From NCBI GenBank assembly GCA_963558405.1, contig CAUWGC010000014.1, forward strand, positions 1 through 46,207: a stretch of 46,207 nucleotides of DNA, given 5' to 3'. The position numbers and the translations under genes are program-made. The notes under the pieces are model-generated. The model was not told the origin of the DNA. It was given only the letters and a program-made list of their open reading frames with translations, and did not search any database. Numbering within the stretch: the first letter of the stretch is position 1; the number at the start of each line of letters is the position of its first letter. Below are positions 22,359 to 32,642 of the stretch, piece after piece. This DNA is from an uncultured Clostridia bacterium. Lineage in GTDB: Bacteria > Bacillota > Clostridia > TANB77 > CAG-508.

Positions 22359-23153
22359 TTATTTTCTCTTAAAAATGTTTTTTATCTTTGAAAAAAAGCC
22401 TTTTTCCTTTCCTGGAATTTGAATATCTATATTCTCACCCAAAATTCTTCTTGCTATATCTAAATATGATTTTCCAGAAGGTGCCTTTTTATTTGAAATA
22501 ACAGGTTCTCCTTTATTTGTTTGTGTAATTATGTATTCGTCATCTGGAACTACACCAATTAAATCAATGGAAAGTAAATCTACTATATCATCTACATCCA
22601 TCATTTCACCTTTTTTTATCATATTTGGTCTTAATCTGTTTACAATTAATTCTGGATTTTTTATTTCTGCTGCTTCAAGTAATCCTATAATACGATCAGC
22701 ATCACGAATAGCAGAAATTTCTGCAGTAGTTACAACAATTGCTCTATCTGCACCTGTAATTGCATTTTTAAATCCTTGCTCTATTCCAGCAGGACAGTCT
22801 ATTAAGATATAATCAAAATCTTCCTTTAGTTTACTTACTAGCTCTTTCATTTGTTCTTCATTTACAGCACTTTTATCTCTTGTTTGAGCAGCAGGTAATA
22901 AAAATAACTCTTGAAAACGCTTGTCTTTAATTAAAGCTTGTCTTAATTTACATTTTTGCTCAACAACATCTACTATGTCGTAAACAATTCTATTTTCTAA
23001 TCCCATTACAACATCTAAATTACGAAGCCCTATATCTGTATCTACAAGGACAACTTTTTTACCTTGAAGTGCCAAAGCAGAACCAAGATTAGCTGTTGTT
23101 GTTGTTTTACCTACGCCACCTTTTCCTGATGTAATAACAATTACTTCACCCAT
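22359..23153 (-). CDS. minD: Septum site-determining ATPase MinD
   Basis: SGKGGVGKTT, DTDIGLRNLD, DCPAGIE, C-terminal amphipathic FFSKIKNIF. Confidence 0.97.
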   Translation of the reverse strand: MGEVIVITSGKGGVGKTTTTANLGSALALQGKKVVLVDTDIGLRNLDVVMGLENRIVYDIVDVVEQKCKLRQALIKDKRFQELFLLPAAQTRDKSAVNEEQMKELVSKLKEDFDYILIDCPAGIEQGFKNAITGADRAIVVTTAEISAIRDADRIIGLLEAAEIKNPELIVNRLRPNMIKKGEMMDVDDIVDLLSIDLIGVVPDDEYIITQTNKGEPVISNKKAPSGKSYLDIARRILGENIDIQIPGKEKGFFSKIKNIFKRK

Positions 23154-23231
23154 AAGTATCCTCCTATTATTTTAAAAAGTAGCTATAAAAAAGTGTATTT
23201 GATTTATATTTTTACCTTTTTTCACTATAAT

Positions 23232-23260
23232 ATCATACATTGATTTAGCGGAAATGTCAA
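23232..23260 (-). promoter_or_regulatory. SigA promoter of minD-minE-rodA
   Basis: TTGACA-17-TATGAT. Confidence 0.7.
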
Positions 23261-23283
23261 TGTTTATTGGGTAAAAAAGGAAA

Positions 23284-23313
23284 AAAATGCTTTGCCATGT
23301 TGCAAAGCATTTT
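23284..23313 (-). terminator. Hairpin after the pilin-like CLec gene
   Basis: AAAATGCTTTGC-6-GCAAAGCATTTT with T-tract on the minus strand. Confidence 0.7.
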
Positions 23314-23362
23314 AATATTGAATTTTACACAGTTATATTTTAACAATCTTATCGACCAGCTT

Positions 23363-24659
23363 TTACAGCGTTACATAAAGTGCTGGGCGACTGGAACCGT
23401 AACCATAGGTAATGGTCGGATAGTAGACGTTCCAAAAGGACGCAGGGTACCAATAGCTATTGCTTGCACTGTTGCAATTGCCTCCACGACAAGTACGATA
23501 GGAAGCGTAGCCCGCTTCTTGTGTCCATTCATAAAAATTACCTTCTAGGTCATAGATATTATTCATTACGTCTGTTGTTTGTCCTGATTTTTGTGGAGAT
23601 GTAGGCTGTCTATCTTTATGAGCAATCTGAGCTTGTTCTCCTAAAAATTTGATAACTTGGTCATACTGGCTTCCGCCATATCATATCTTTATTTACTACT
23701 TCATCTCCTTCTGCTTTATGTCTTATTGTTTTATATAATCCATACCACATATTTCCTGATGAAGAACTATTATTTAATACAGTTTGTTCTTTTTTAGTAG
23801 CTCCTTCTGCACCAACCTCATATCTACCTAAGTAGAAACCACCATAAACATATACACTTTTAACCATTTCTACAAAATCGTTATTCATTTGTGTTAATAG
23901 GTTTTGAGCATTTCCTAAACCATGGTAATTGTCACTTGCATTATCATATTTATCTCCATCACCACTACTATTTCCTGTGACTACTGCTGGCTCTCTTCTA
24001 CCTGAATTAGGGCTGTAACTTTGATTGGTTTGTGAAAAATCCATTGTATATGTGTATGGCGTACCTGAACTACCAGCAGTTTTAGTTGAATCGTATATCT
24101 TTCCTACTAGGTCTTCTGAATTATGGGTTGAACACTTTAATTTGAATCCATTTGGTGCATCAACATCATCTTCCTTTACTATATTACACTGGGTTCCAGC
24201 TGTCTTACTTTTACACATTATCATATCATTTGTTTCATCTACTGGAATCCACACATATTGATTTCTTGTTTTTTGGGCTTCTGCTACATTATCATTTGTT
24301 ACATCTTCTGTTCCTTCATATATTACTAATCCACCACTTATTGACTTTTCTCCATCTGCTTTTGACACAACATATCCTTTTGGAATTGGCGCTTTTTTAT
24401 CTCCTTCTTCCACTATATCTGTTACTTTATCCTTATTCCATCCATCTTGCATTCCTCCATTTGCTACATCTTCATAAATCTGATCAATTTTCCCCAAATC
24501 CGCTTCATATACTTCTTTTATTCTTGCAATTTCTTGCATTTGTGATACTCTTGTATTTGAATTTGATACATAAACTGCTATTGTGATAATAACAAAAAAT
24601 AAAACTGTTATTACTACAAATAATGTAACTGAACCTTTTTGATTTTTTATATTTCTCAT
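23363..24659 (-). CDS. Pilin-like surface protein with C-terminal FGE/C-type-lectin-fold domain, about 431 aa, joined by a +1 shift at CGG (extra C at 23675); candidate DGR target
   Basis: N-terminus KNQKG-SVTLFVVITVLFF. ATA TGG c GGA AGC CAG TAT GAC gives MIWGSQYD, open to NIYDLEGNFYEWT..RGG..PAS..SRPALY. Confidence 0.8.
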
Positions 24660-24699
24660 TTGTTCCTCCCTTAACTTTTTTTACATTATATATTATTTT

Positions 24700-25956
24700 T
24701 TATTCATTATCAATATTTTTATATTGGTTTTTGAGCCATTTAATTCTTTCTTGTCTTAGCATATTTTTAAAATCAATGCCTGTTAAATCTGGATATTTTT
24801 CTTTTATAATTTTTCCATTTACTTGTTCTAACATTTTATTTCCAATTATATCAAAATTTATTTTTTCTTGGCTACAATTTCTTCCTCCACTGCACTTATC
24901 TGCAATTACAATTTGTTTCATTCCTTCTAGTCCTAATATTGTTTTTGAAACATTTTCTATAAAATCTACTTTTTTTTGCGGAGTCATTTTTTCAAAAATT
25001 CCTCCTAACATGTGATATTTGCTAGCAGATTCACCTGCTTTTTTCCATCTAGTAGGTGTTCCTAATTTTTCGCAAAATTTAGCTACCACTTCTACACCTT
25101 TTTTATCATGTCCATAATGATGTGGCTGTATGTATTTTGGTGTAATACCTTTTCCTAAATCATGTACCAATGCTCCAAATCTAACTAGTATATTATCTGT
25201 AAGTTCACAGGCTTTATCTAGTGCTATAATAGTATGATTGTAGCTATCTCCTTCTGGATGGTATTTTTTGGGTTGAATACTTCCTATTAAATCATAAATT
25301 TCTTTAAAATGTATATCTAAGACATCAGCTTTTTTTAATGTTTCTATAAATATACTTGGTCTTTTTGTTTTCATAGCTTTTTTAAATTCTTCAAAAACTC
25401 TTTCTTTAGATAAAGTTTTTAGTTCTTCTTTTAATTCTTTCATTTTTGCCATTGTATTTTCTTCTATTTTCCACTCTAGCATTGCAGAAAATCTAGCTGT
25501 TCTATATACTCTAAGTGGATCTTCCGAAAAAGCATCTGAAACTGCTCTTAAAATATTTTGTTTAATGTCTTTTATTCCATCAAAAGGGTCAATTATTTTT
25601 CCTGTTAAAACTTCTTTTGCAATAGCATTAATTGTTAAATCTCTTCTTTTTAAATCTTCTATAATTGAAACTTTGTCAGTGTTAATTTCAAAACCTTTAT
25701 GTCCTTTTTCTTTTTTCTTTTCCACCCTAGTTAATGCAAATTCTGAGCCTTCTATTTCCCATACAGAAAATTGTTTTCCTCTAGATATTGCATTAGGAAA
25801 TAGTTCTTTTAGTTTTTTATCTGTTAGTCCTTCAACAACGTAATCTTTGTCATTTATTTTTCTACCTAAAAATTCATCACGAACTGCTCCACCTACTAAA
25901 TATAAATTACCACCAGCATCATTTATTTTTTTTGCAATTTTAATAATATCTTGCAT
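24700..25956 (-). CDS. cca: CCA-adding tRNA nucleotidyltransferase with HD domain
   Basis: YLVGGAVRD, DKD, DLKRRDLTINAIA, EDPLRVYR, HPEGD, VHDLGK. Confidence 0.9.
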   Translation of the reverse strand: MQDIIKIAKKINDAGGNLYLVGGAVRDEFLGRKINDKDYVVEGLTDKKLKELFPNAISRGKQFSVWEIEGSEFALTRVEKKKEKGHKGFEINTDKVSIIEDLKRRDLTINAIAKEVLTGKIIDPFDGIKDIKQNILRAVSDAFSEDPLRVYRTARFSAMLEWKIEENTMAKMKELKEELKTLSKERVFEEFKKAMKTKRPSIFIETLKKADVLDIHFKEIYDLIGSIQPKKYHPEGDSYNHTIIALDKACELTDNILVRFGALVHDLGKGITPKYIQPHHYGHDKKGVEVVAKFCEKLGTPTRWKKAGESASKYHMLGGIFEKMTPQKKVDFIENVSKTILGLEGMKQIVIADKCSGGRNCSQEKINFDIIGNKMLEQVNGKIIKEKYPDLTGIDFKNMLRQERIKWLKNQYKNIDNE

Positions 25957-26009
25957 TTTTCCTCCCTTGCTAGCTATACCAATATATTATATATTATGTA
26001 TAAATTTAC

Positions 26010-27260
26010 TTACTTTAATTCTAAAAATTCTATTTCACTTTTTTTGTAATTTTCTGGTTTTAATCCAACTGTTTTTCTCATTTTTTCTAATAGAGTAATA
26101 AATATTATTGTAAATACGGACCCTACAATTATTGTAGTATTTGTGATGTCTGTAATATCTAGTAAAAATGATGAAAATAGTAAAATTAATGCTCTAAACA
26201 AACTTTCTAATAAATTGTATATATATGAAATCTTATCCCTTGAAGTAGTTGTAGTAAAATTATTTAAATATTTTCTTATTAATGTATAAAATGGTCCTTT
26301 CATTATAGATTGTATAATATACAATAATAAAATAATTATAATAATACTAATATTATTTAGCTTAGCTATAAATCCTATAATAATTAAAGATAATGTTACT
26401 GTAACAGATAAAATAGCTAATGTTTTATTTTTTAATTTGTTATGAAATCTTGATTGATTTCTTGCAGAAATTCCAGATATAACTGCAAGTATTCCAAAAA
26501 TAATACCAAAATATTGCTCTGGCATATTTATATTTTCTAATATTCCACTTCTTAATGATATTAAAACACTAAATATTCCAGACAAAATACCTCCAAACAC
26601 CATTAAATATTTAAGTCTTTTTGATTTATACATATGTTTTATAAAATGTTTTAGTTCTTTAAAATATTTTCTTGTACTGTTTGTTTTATTTTCATTTTTA
26701 ATTTCCACAAATCTACATGATAATATTGTTGATAATACACATATTACAAAACAACATATTAATGGTAAATACCTATTTATTACATATAAAAAACCAGAAA
26801 GCACAGCAGAAATTGCATCAAAATAAAAATATAGTGACATAGATTTTCCATCTATTTTAGAAAATTCTTTAGCTCTTTTTTCGTTTTTTGGTAATGAGTC
26901 ATATAATACATTTGTTTCTTCTATAGCTTTTATTGCAAATCCTAGTGCACAAAAAAATTGTCCTACTATTATTTCATTTATACCTTTTGCAAAAATATAG
27001 AATAAAATTGAAATAGCAACAGAAAAGTTTGCTATTATTAATCCTTTTTTTCTACCCAATTTTGTTATTATTATAGTTAAAGGAACTGCTAATAAAAATC
27101 TAAATATTGGATAAAATGCTTCTGATAATAATACTTGAGCTGGAGACATACCTTTTTCTTGTACCAGAAATAGGTATATTATTGAATAATAAAATAATAA
27201 ATCCCAAGAAATCATCTTATATAATGGATAAATTCTTAGATTTTTTTCATTAGTTTCCAT
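26010..27260 (-). CDS. MFS transporter
   Basis: About 12 hydrophobic segments; KLGRKK loop motif. Confidence 0.82.
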   Translation of the reverse strand: METNEKNLRIYPLYKMISWDLLFYYSIIYLFLVQEKGMSPAQVLLSEAFYPIFRFLLAVPLTIIITKLGRKKGLIIANFSVAISILFYIFAKGINEIIVGQFFCALGFAIKAIEETNVLYDSLPKNEKRAKEFSKIDGKSMSLYFYFDAISAVLSGFLYVINRYLPLICCFVICVLSTILSCRFVEIKNENKTNSTRKYFKELKHFIKHMYKSKRLKYLMVFGGILSGIFSVLISLRSGILENINMPEQYFGIIFGILAVISGISARNQSRFHNKLKNKTLAILSVTVTLSLIIIGFIAKLNNISIIIIILLLYIIQSIMKGPFYTLIRKYLNNFTTTTSRDKISYIYNLLESLFRALILLFSSFLLDITDITNTTIIVGSVFTIIFITLLEKMRKTVGLKPENYKKSEIEFLELK

Positions 27261-27352
27261 ATTTTTTCCTCCTAGTTAATTATAATTATATATTTAATAA
27301 CATGTCAAGTACATTTTTATTATACTTTGACCGGTTGGTCTTATTTATTACC

Positions 27353-27381
27353 TTGACATATTTTAAATTTAATCATATACT
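27353..27381 (+). promoter_or_regulatory. SigA promoter of the por operon
   Basis: TTGACA-17-TATACT; inverted repeat AAATTATCCT..AGGATAATTT follows in the leader (27393-27429). Confidence 0.7.
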
Positions 27382-27468
27382 ACTTGTTAGAAAAATTATC
27401 CTATTTTATCGTATATTAAAGGATAATTTGCATATGTTATCTATTAGATAAGGAGGTAATTTTAAAAC

Positions 27469-28053
27469 ATGAAGGATTTAATTGAAATCAGATGGCATGG
27501 AAGAGGTGGACAAGGTGCTAAAACAGCTTCTTTACTTCTTGCAGATGCTGCATTTAATACTGGTAAATATATTCAAGGTTTTCCAGAATATGGACCAGAA
27601 AGAATGGGTGCTCCTATTACTGCATATAACAGAATTAGCACTAGCCCAATTCGTATTCATAGTAATATTTACGAACCAGATTATGTTGTAGTAGTAGATG
27701 ATACATTATTAGAATCTGTACCTGTTACAGATGGATTAAAAGATTCTGGAGCTATAGTTGTAAATACTTCTCGTGGAGAAGATTTTCTAAAAGAAAAGTT
27801 ATCAAACTATTCAGGAGATATTTACTATATTGATGCCAGAAAAGTATCTATGGAAACTTTAGGAAAATATTTTCCTAATACACCAATGCTTGCTGCTATT
27901 GTTAAAGTAAGTAATGTTATGTCAGATGAAGAATTTTTAAGAGATATGGAAGGATCTTTTAAACATAAATTTGCTAAAAAACCAGAAGTAATTGAAGGTA
28001 ATAAAAAAGCTATTGCAATGGCATTACAAGAGGTAAAAAAGGTAAATAGATAA
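27469..28053 (+). CDS. porC: Pyruvate/2-oxoacid:ferredoxin oxidoreductase gamma subunit
   Basis: EIRWHGRGGQGAKTA, PEYGPERMGAP. Confidence 0.92.
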   Translation: MKDLIEIRWHGRGGQGAKTASLLLADAAFNTGKYIQGFPEYGPERMGAPITAYNRISTSPIRIHSNIYEPDYVVVVDDTLLESVPVTDGLKDSGAIVVNTSRGEDFLKEKLSNYSGDIYYIDARKVSMETLGKYFPNTPMLAAIVKVSNVMSDEEFLRDMEGSFKHKFAKKPEVIEGNKKAIAMALQEVKKVNR

Positions 28054-28079
28054 AACCAATAAGAAAGGGTGATATTAAA

Positions 28080-28382
28080 ATGACAGAAGATAATATAAAT
28101 AAAAATACTCCTTGGCAAGAGCTTACTCCAGGAGGAGATATTTACCAAGCTGGAAATGCTGTAGAATTTAAAACTGGTGATTGGAGAAGTGTTAGACCTG
28201 TTTTTCTTTCAGAAAAATGTAAACAATGTGGTCTTTGTTTCCCAGTATGCCCTGATAATGCAATTCCTGTTGGTAAAGACCAAAAAAGACAAGATTTTAA
28301 TTATGATTATTGCAAAGGATGTGGCGTTTGTGCAAAAACATGTCCTTTTGGTGCAATCGAAATGAAGGAAGAAGGTGTTTAA
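28080..28382 (+). CDS. porD: Oxidoreductase delta subunit (2x4Fe-4S)
   Basis: KTGDWRS, CKQCGLCFPVCP, CKGCGVCAKTCP. Confidence 0.92.
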   Translation: MTEDNINKNTPWQELTPGGDIYQAGNAVEFKTGDWRSVRPVFLSEKCKQCGLCFPVCPDNAIPVGKDQKRQDFNYDYCKGCGVCAKTCPFGAIEMKEEGV

Positions 28383-28386
28383 AAAT

Positions 28387-29571
28387 ATGAGTATTCGTGA
28401 ACGTTTAAGTGGTAATGAGGCTGCAGCTACAGCTATGAAACAAATAAATCCTGATGTTGTAGCAGCATTTCCTATTACTCCTTCTACAGAAATACCACAA
28501 TACTTTTCTACATTTGTAAGTAATGGTTCTGTAGATACAAATTTTGTTGCCGTAGAATCTGAACATAGTGCTATGTCTGCATGTATTGGTGCAGAAGCTG
28601 CAGGTGCAAGAGCAATGACTGCTACATCTGCTAATGGTCTTTCTCTTATGTGGGAAATGATTTATATAGCTTCTAGTTTAAGACTTCCAATTGTTATGTC
28701 TTTAGTAAATAGAGCTGTATCAGGTCCACTAAATATCCACTGTGATCATTCTGATGCAATGGGTGTAAGAGATAGTGGATGGATTATGCTATTTTCTGAA
28801 AACAATCAAGAAGCTTACGATAATTTATTAATGGCTCATAGAATAGCTGAAAATAAGGATGTACTTCTTCCTTTAATGGTATGTCAAGATGGATTTATTA
28901 CTTCTCATTCAATTGAAAATATTGAACTTTTAGAAGATGATAAAGTTAAAGAATTTGTAGGAACATACAAACCAGAACATTATTTATTAAATGATAAAGA
29001 ACCAATTGCTATTGGACCATTAGATTTACAAGCATATTTATTTGAACATAAAAAGCAACAAGCAGAAGCAATGAAAAATGCAAAAAAAGTTATTTTAGAT
29101 GTTGCAAAAGATTTTGAAAAAATGACTGGCAGAAAATATTCTTTCTTTGAAGAATATCGTTTAGAAGACGCAGATATTGCAATTGTTTGCATGAACTCTA
29201 CTGCTGGTACAACAAAATTTGTAGTAGATGCTTTAAGAGAAAAAGGAATAAAAGCAGGATTATTAAAGGTACGTGTATTTAGACCTTTCCCAGCAGAAGA
29301 AATTGCCAAAGCACTTTCTCATTTAAAAGCTATTGCTGTTTTGGACAAAGCTGATTCTTTAAACGCTGCTGGTGGAGCTCTTTTTGAAGATATAACTTCT
29401 GCTATGTATGTTTCAAATAACCATGTTCCTATGGTTAACTATATTTATGGAATTGGTGGAAGAGATACAACTTCTAAAGAAATTGAGTCTGTATTTACAG
29501 ATTTAGAAAAAATTGTAGAAACAAATGATATTGAAAATCCTTATCGTTATTTAGGATTAAGAAGTAAATAG
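28387..29571 (+). CDS. porA: Oxidoreductase alpha subunit
   Basis: GNEAAA, AFPITPST, ESEHSAMS, FRPFP. Confidence 0.92.
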   Translation: MSIRERLSGNEAAATAMKQINPDVVAAFPITPSTEIPQYFSTFVSNGSVDTNFVAVESEHSAMSACIGAEAAGARAMTATSANGLSLMWEMIYIASSLRLPIVMSLVNRAVSGPLNIHCDHSDAMGVRDSGWIMLFSENNQEAYDNLLMAHRIAENKDVLLPLMVCQDGFITSHSIENIELLEDDKVKEFVGTYKPEHYLLNDKEPIAIGPLDLQAYLFEHKKQQAEAMKNAKKVILDVAKDFEKMTGRKYSFFEEYRLEDADIAIVCMNSTAGTTKFVVDALREKGIKAGLLKVRVFRPFPAEEIAKALSHLKAIAVLDKADSLNAAGGALFEDITSAMYVSNNHVPMVNYIYGIGGRDTTSKEIESVFTDLEKIVETNDIENPYRYLGLRSK

Positions 29572-29586
29572 AAAGGAGATAAAAAA

Positions 29587-30549
29587 ATGCCATATAATTT
29601 AAAAGAAATTATTGCAGAAAAACCAGTTAGGTTTACTTCTGGTCATAGAATGTGTGCTGGATGTGGTTGTCCTCCAGATATGCGTATGATTTTAAGAGCT
29701 CTTCATAAAGAAGATCATGCTGTTGTGTCTGTTGCTACAGGATGTATGGAAGTATCTACTTTTATTTATCCTTATACATCTTGGACAGATTCTTTTATTC
29801 ATACTGCTTTTGAATGTAGTGCTGCTACCATGTCAGGTGTAGAAGCTGCATATCAATCTATGAAAAAGCAAGGAAAATTACCACAAGATAAAAATACCAA
29901 ATTTTTAGCATTTGGTGGAGATGGAGGAACTTATGATATAGGCTTACAATCTCTTTCTGGTGCAATGGAAAGAGGACATGATATGGTCTATGTATGTTAT
30001 GACAATGGTGCTTATATGAATACTGGAATTCAACGTTCTTCAGCTACTCCTCATTTTGCAGATACAACAACTTCACCTGCTGGAAAAGTGGTTCCAGGAA
30101 AAATGCAACCAAGAAAAGATTTAACAGAAATATTAGAAGCACACCATCTTCCTTATGTCGCACAAACAATAGGTGTAAACAACTTTAAAGACTTATATGA
30201 AAAAGCAGAAAAAGCAATTTATACAGAAGGTCCAACATTTTTAAATGTTTTAGCTCCATGTCCTAGAGGATGGGGATACCCAACAGATATGTTAATGCAA
30301 ATTAACAAGCTTGCTATTGATACATGTTACTGGCCTTTATATGAAATTGAAAATGGTGTTTATAAAATTACTTATAAACCTGCTAAAAAATTACCAATTG
30401 AAGAATTTTTAAAACCTCAAAAGAGATTTAAACATTTATTTGCACCAGGTAATGAATGGATGATAGAAGCATTCCAAAAAGAAGTAGACGAAAGATGGAA
30501 TAAATTATTACAATTAGAAGAAGCTACAAACAAACCAAAAGAAGAATAA
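29587..30549 (+). CDS. porB: Oxidoreductase beta (TPP-binding) subunit
   Basis: GHRMCAGC, GGDGGTYDIG, YDNGAYMNTG. Confidence 0.92.
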   Translation: MPYNLKEIIAEKPVRFTSGHRMCAGCGCPPDMRMILRALHKEDHAVVSVATGCMEVSTFIYPYTSWTDSFIHTAFECSAATMSGVEAAYQSMKKQGKLPQDKNTKFLAFGGDGGTYDIGLQSLSGAMERGHDMVYVCYDNGAYMNTGIQRSSATPHFADTTTSPAGKVVPGKMQPRKDLTEILEAHHLPYVAQTIGVNNFKDLYEKAEKAIYTEGPTFLNVLAPCPRGWGYPTDMLMQINKLAIDTCYWPLYEIENGVYKITYKPAKKLPIEEFLKPQKRFKHLFAPGNEWMIEAFQKEVDERWNKLLQLEEATNKPKEE

Positions 30550-30606
30550 AATACAATAAAAAAGAGGATTTATATATTTTATATATTTCCTCTTTTTTTA
30601 TGTATT

Positions 30607-30777
30607 CTATTCTTCTACTGGTGCTTCTACAGGACAAACACCTGCACAAGTACCACATCCTATACAAGCTTCTTTGTCTATAATATATCTTTCATCACCT
30701 TGTGATATACAACCAACTGGACAGTTTGCTGCACATGCTCCACAACTAATACATTTTTCTGTAATTTTATATGCCAT
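30607..30777 (-). CDS. Clostridial 2[4Fe-4S] ferredoxin, 56 aa
   Basis: MAYKITEKCISCGACAANCP...CIGCGTCAGVCP. Confidence 0.93.
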   Translation of the reverse strand: MAYKITEKCISCGACAANCPVGCISQGDERYIIDKEACIGCGTCAGVCPVEAPVEE

Positions 30778-30816
30778 TATTTTCACCACCTTTCAAATAT
30801 TTATATAATTACATTA

Positions 30817-31731
30817 TTAAAAATCTTCTTCTACTGTTGTATCTAATTTTTCTAGCTTTTCTAATTCTTCTAATTCTTTTTGATGTTCCATTTCTTCTGG
30901 GTCCATTTTTTCTGTTAAAGCATTTTTTATAACTTTAATATCTTTAACATCATATTTTTTATAGAAAAATCCATCTCCATCTTTAAACTTTACATTTACT
31001 TTTTCTTTTAATGTTTCTAATCTTTCTACTGTCCCTTCTCCATCTTCTGTTTTTACAATTGAACCTACTTTAGGTAATTTTTTTAATTTTTCTTCATAAA
31101 CATCTTGTTCATATTTTAAACAACACATTAATCTGCCACAATTTCCAGATATTTTTGAAGGATTTAAAGATATATTTTGTTCTTTTGCCATTTTAATAGA
31201 TACTGTCTCAAAATTTCCTAAAAATGAACAACAACATAATTCTCTACCACAAATTCCATTTCCACCGATTCTTTTTACCTCGTCTCTAACTCCTATTTGT
31301 CTAAGTTCAATTCTAGTTTTAAAAATAGAAGCTAAATCTTTAACAAGTTCTCTAAAATCAATTCTTCCTTCTGCTGTAAAGTAAAAAAGAAGTTTACTAT
31401 TATCAAATTTATATTCAACATCTGTTAAGTTCATATCTAATTTATGTTTTTTTATTTTTTCTAAACATATAGAAAAAGCTTCTTTTTCTTTTCTTTTATT
31501 ATCTTCATAATGTTTTTTATCTTTTGAAGTTGCTATTCTTATTACCTTTTTTAAAGGTGCTACTACCATTTCATCTTTAACCATACGATTTGCAATTACT
31601 ACTTCTCCATATTCTTCTCCATTTGTTGTTTCTACAATAACATGATTTTCTTTTGTGATATCTAATTTTCCTGGATCAAAAAAGTAAACTTTTCCTGGTC
31701 TTTTAAATCTAACTCCAATAACTTTTTTCAT
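30817..31731 (-). CDS. yaaT: PSP1 / stage 0 sporulation protein (YaaT/RicT)
   Basis: RIDFRELVKDL, RIELRQIGVRDE, CGRELCC, ISGNCGRLMCCL; downstream of holB. Confidence 0.9.
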   Translation of the reverse strand: MKKVIGVRFKRPGKVYFFDPGKLDITKENHVIVETTNGEEYGEVVIANRMVKDEMVVAPLKKVIRIATSKDKKHYEDNKRKEKEAFSICLEKIKKHKLDMNLTDVEYKFDNSKLLFYFTAEGRIDFRELVKDLASIFKTRIELRQIGVRDEVKRIGGNGICGRELCCCSFLGNFETVSIKMAKEQNISLNPSKISGNCGRLMCCLKYEQDVYEEKLKKLPKVGSIVKTEDGEGTVERLETLKEKVNVKFKDGDGFFYKKYDVKDIKVIKNALTEKMDPEEMEHQKELEELEKLEKLDTTVEEDF

Positions 31732-32632
31732 TAACTTCCTCCCATAATTTTATTAACATGTTATCTATTTGCATATCATAATTGCTATTAGAAAGTAAAT
31801 TTTTCTTTACATTATCCACAATTTCCACACAATGTAGATAGTTTATTTTTTTATCACCTTTTTCTTTTGAAATTTTAAAAATTAATCCTAACATTAATTC
31901 TAATACTTCATTACTATCTTCTTTTAGGTTTGATAAAAACTCTGCTTTTTCTAAAAAGTCTAATAAACTAACTTTATCTAATGCCTTTATGCAATTATAA
32001 ATATTAATATACATATCTTGTTTTTGTATTACATTTTTTAATTTTGTAATACTTCCCATACTTATTTCTAGTAACTCATCTGATATATTAGTTTGATTAT
32101 TTTCTCTTTTTAAGTATTCTTTTAACTCATCTTTTGAAAGTGGTTCAAAAGAAATTTTTGTACATCTAGATTTTATTGTATTTAATATACTACTTTCATT
32201 ATTAGCAATTAAAATAATTGTAATATATTCTGGTGGCTCTTCTAATGTTTTTAAAAGTGCATTTTGTGCTTCTTTTGTCATTTTTTCTGCATCTTTTATC
32301 ACATATACTTTTTTGTTACTAATAATTGGTTTTTCAAATACTTTTAATTGCATATTTCGTATTTGTTCTATTTTAATACTATTTCCATCTGGTAAAATTT
32401 CTAAATAATCTGGCTGATTATTTTGTTCTAACTCTATACATGATTTACAGTAACAACAAGGTTTTTGTTCACCTGTACAAAGAATCATTTTTGCAAATTC
32501 TTTAGCAAAAATACTTTTACCAATTCCTTCTTCTCCTATAAATAGATAGCTGTGTAATATATTATTATTTTGTACAGTTTTTTTTAAAATTTGTTTTACT
32601 TTTTCGTTTCCAAGTGTTTCTTCTATTTTCAT
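31709..32632 (-). CDS. holB: DNA polymerase III delta-prime subunit
   Basis: HSYLFIG, C4 zinc motif, AQNALLKTLEEPP, TIKSRC. Confidence 0.9.
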   Translation of the reverse strand: MKIEETLGNEKVKQILKKTVQNNNILHSYLFIGEEGIGKSIFAKEFAKMILCTGEQKPCCYCKSCIELEQNNQPDYLEILPDGNSIKIEQIRNMQLKVFEKPIISNKKVYVIKDAEKMTKEAQNALLKTLEEPPEYITIILIANNESSILNTIKSRCTKISFEPLSKDELKEYLKRENNQTNISDELLEISMGSITKLKNVIQKQDMYINIYNCIKALDKVSLLDFLEKAEFLSNLKEDSNEVLELMLGLIFKISKEKGDKKINYLHCVEIVDNVKKNLLSNSNYDMQIDNMLIKLWEEVNEKSYWS

Positions 32633-32642
32633 TTTGTCTCCT

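Noticed and set aside
23280-24700. Complete DGR cassette in the window
   Set aside because: No reverse transcriptase, Avd-like gene or template repeat seen; only candidate targets
1291-25956. trmFO, dusB and cca as dedicated recoding machinery
   Set aside because: Ordinary-looking, dispersed housekeeping tRNA enzymes; nothing links them to the CGG sites. No tRNA gene was recognised in the window
8258-27406. Shared 16-mer AAAATTATCCTATTTT at about 8258 and 27391, both in hairpins
   Set aside because: Very AT-rich and only two copies; chance is plausible
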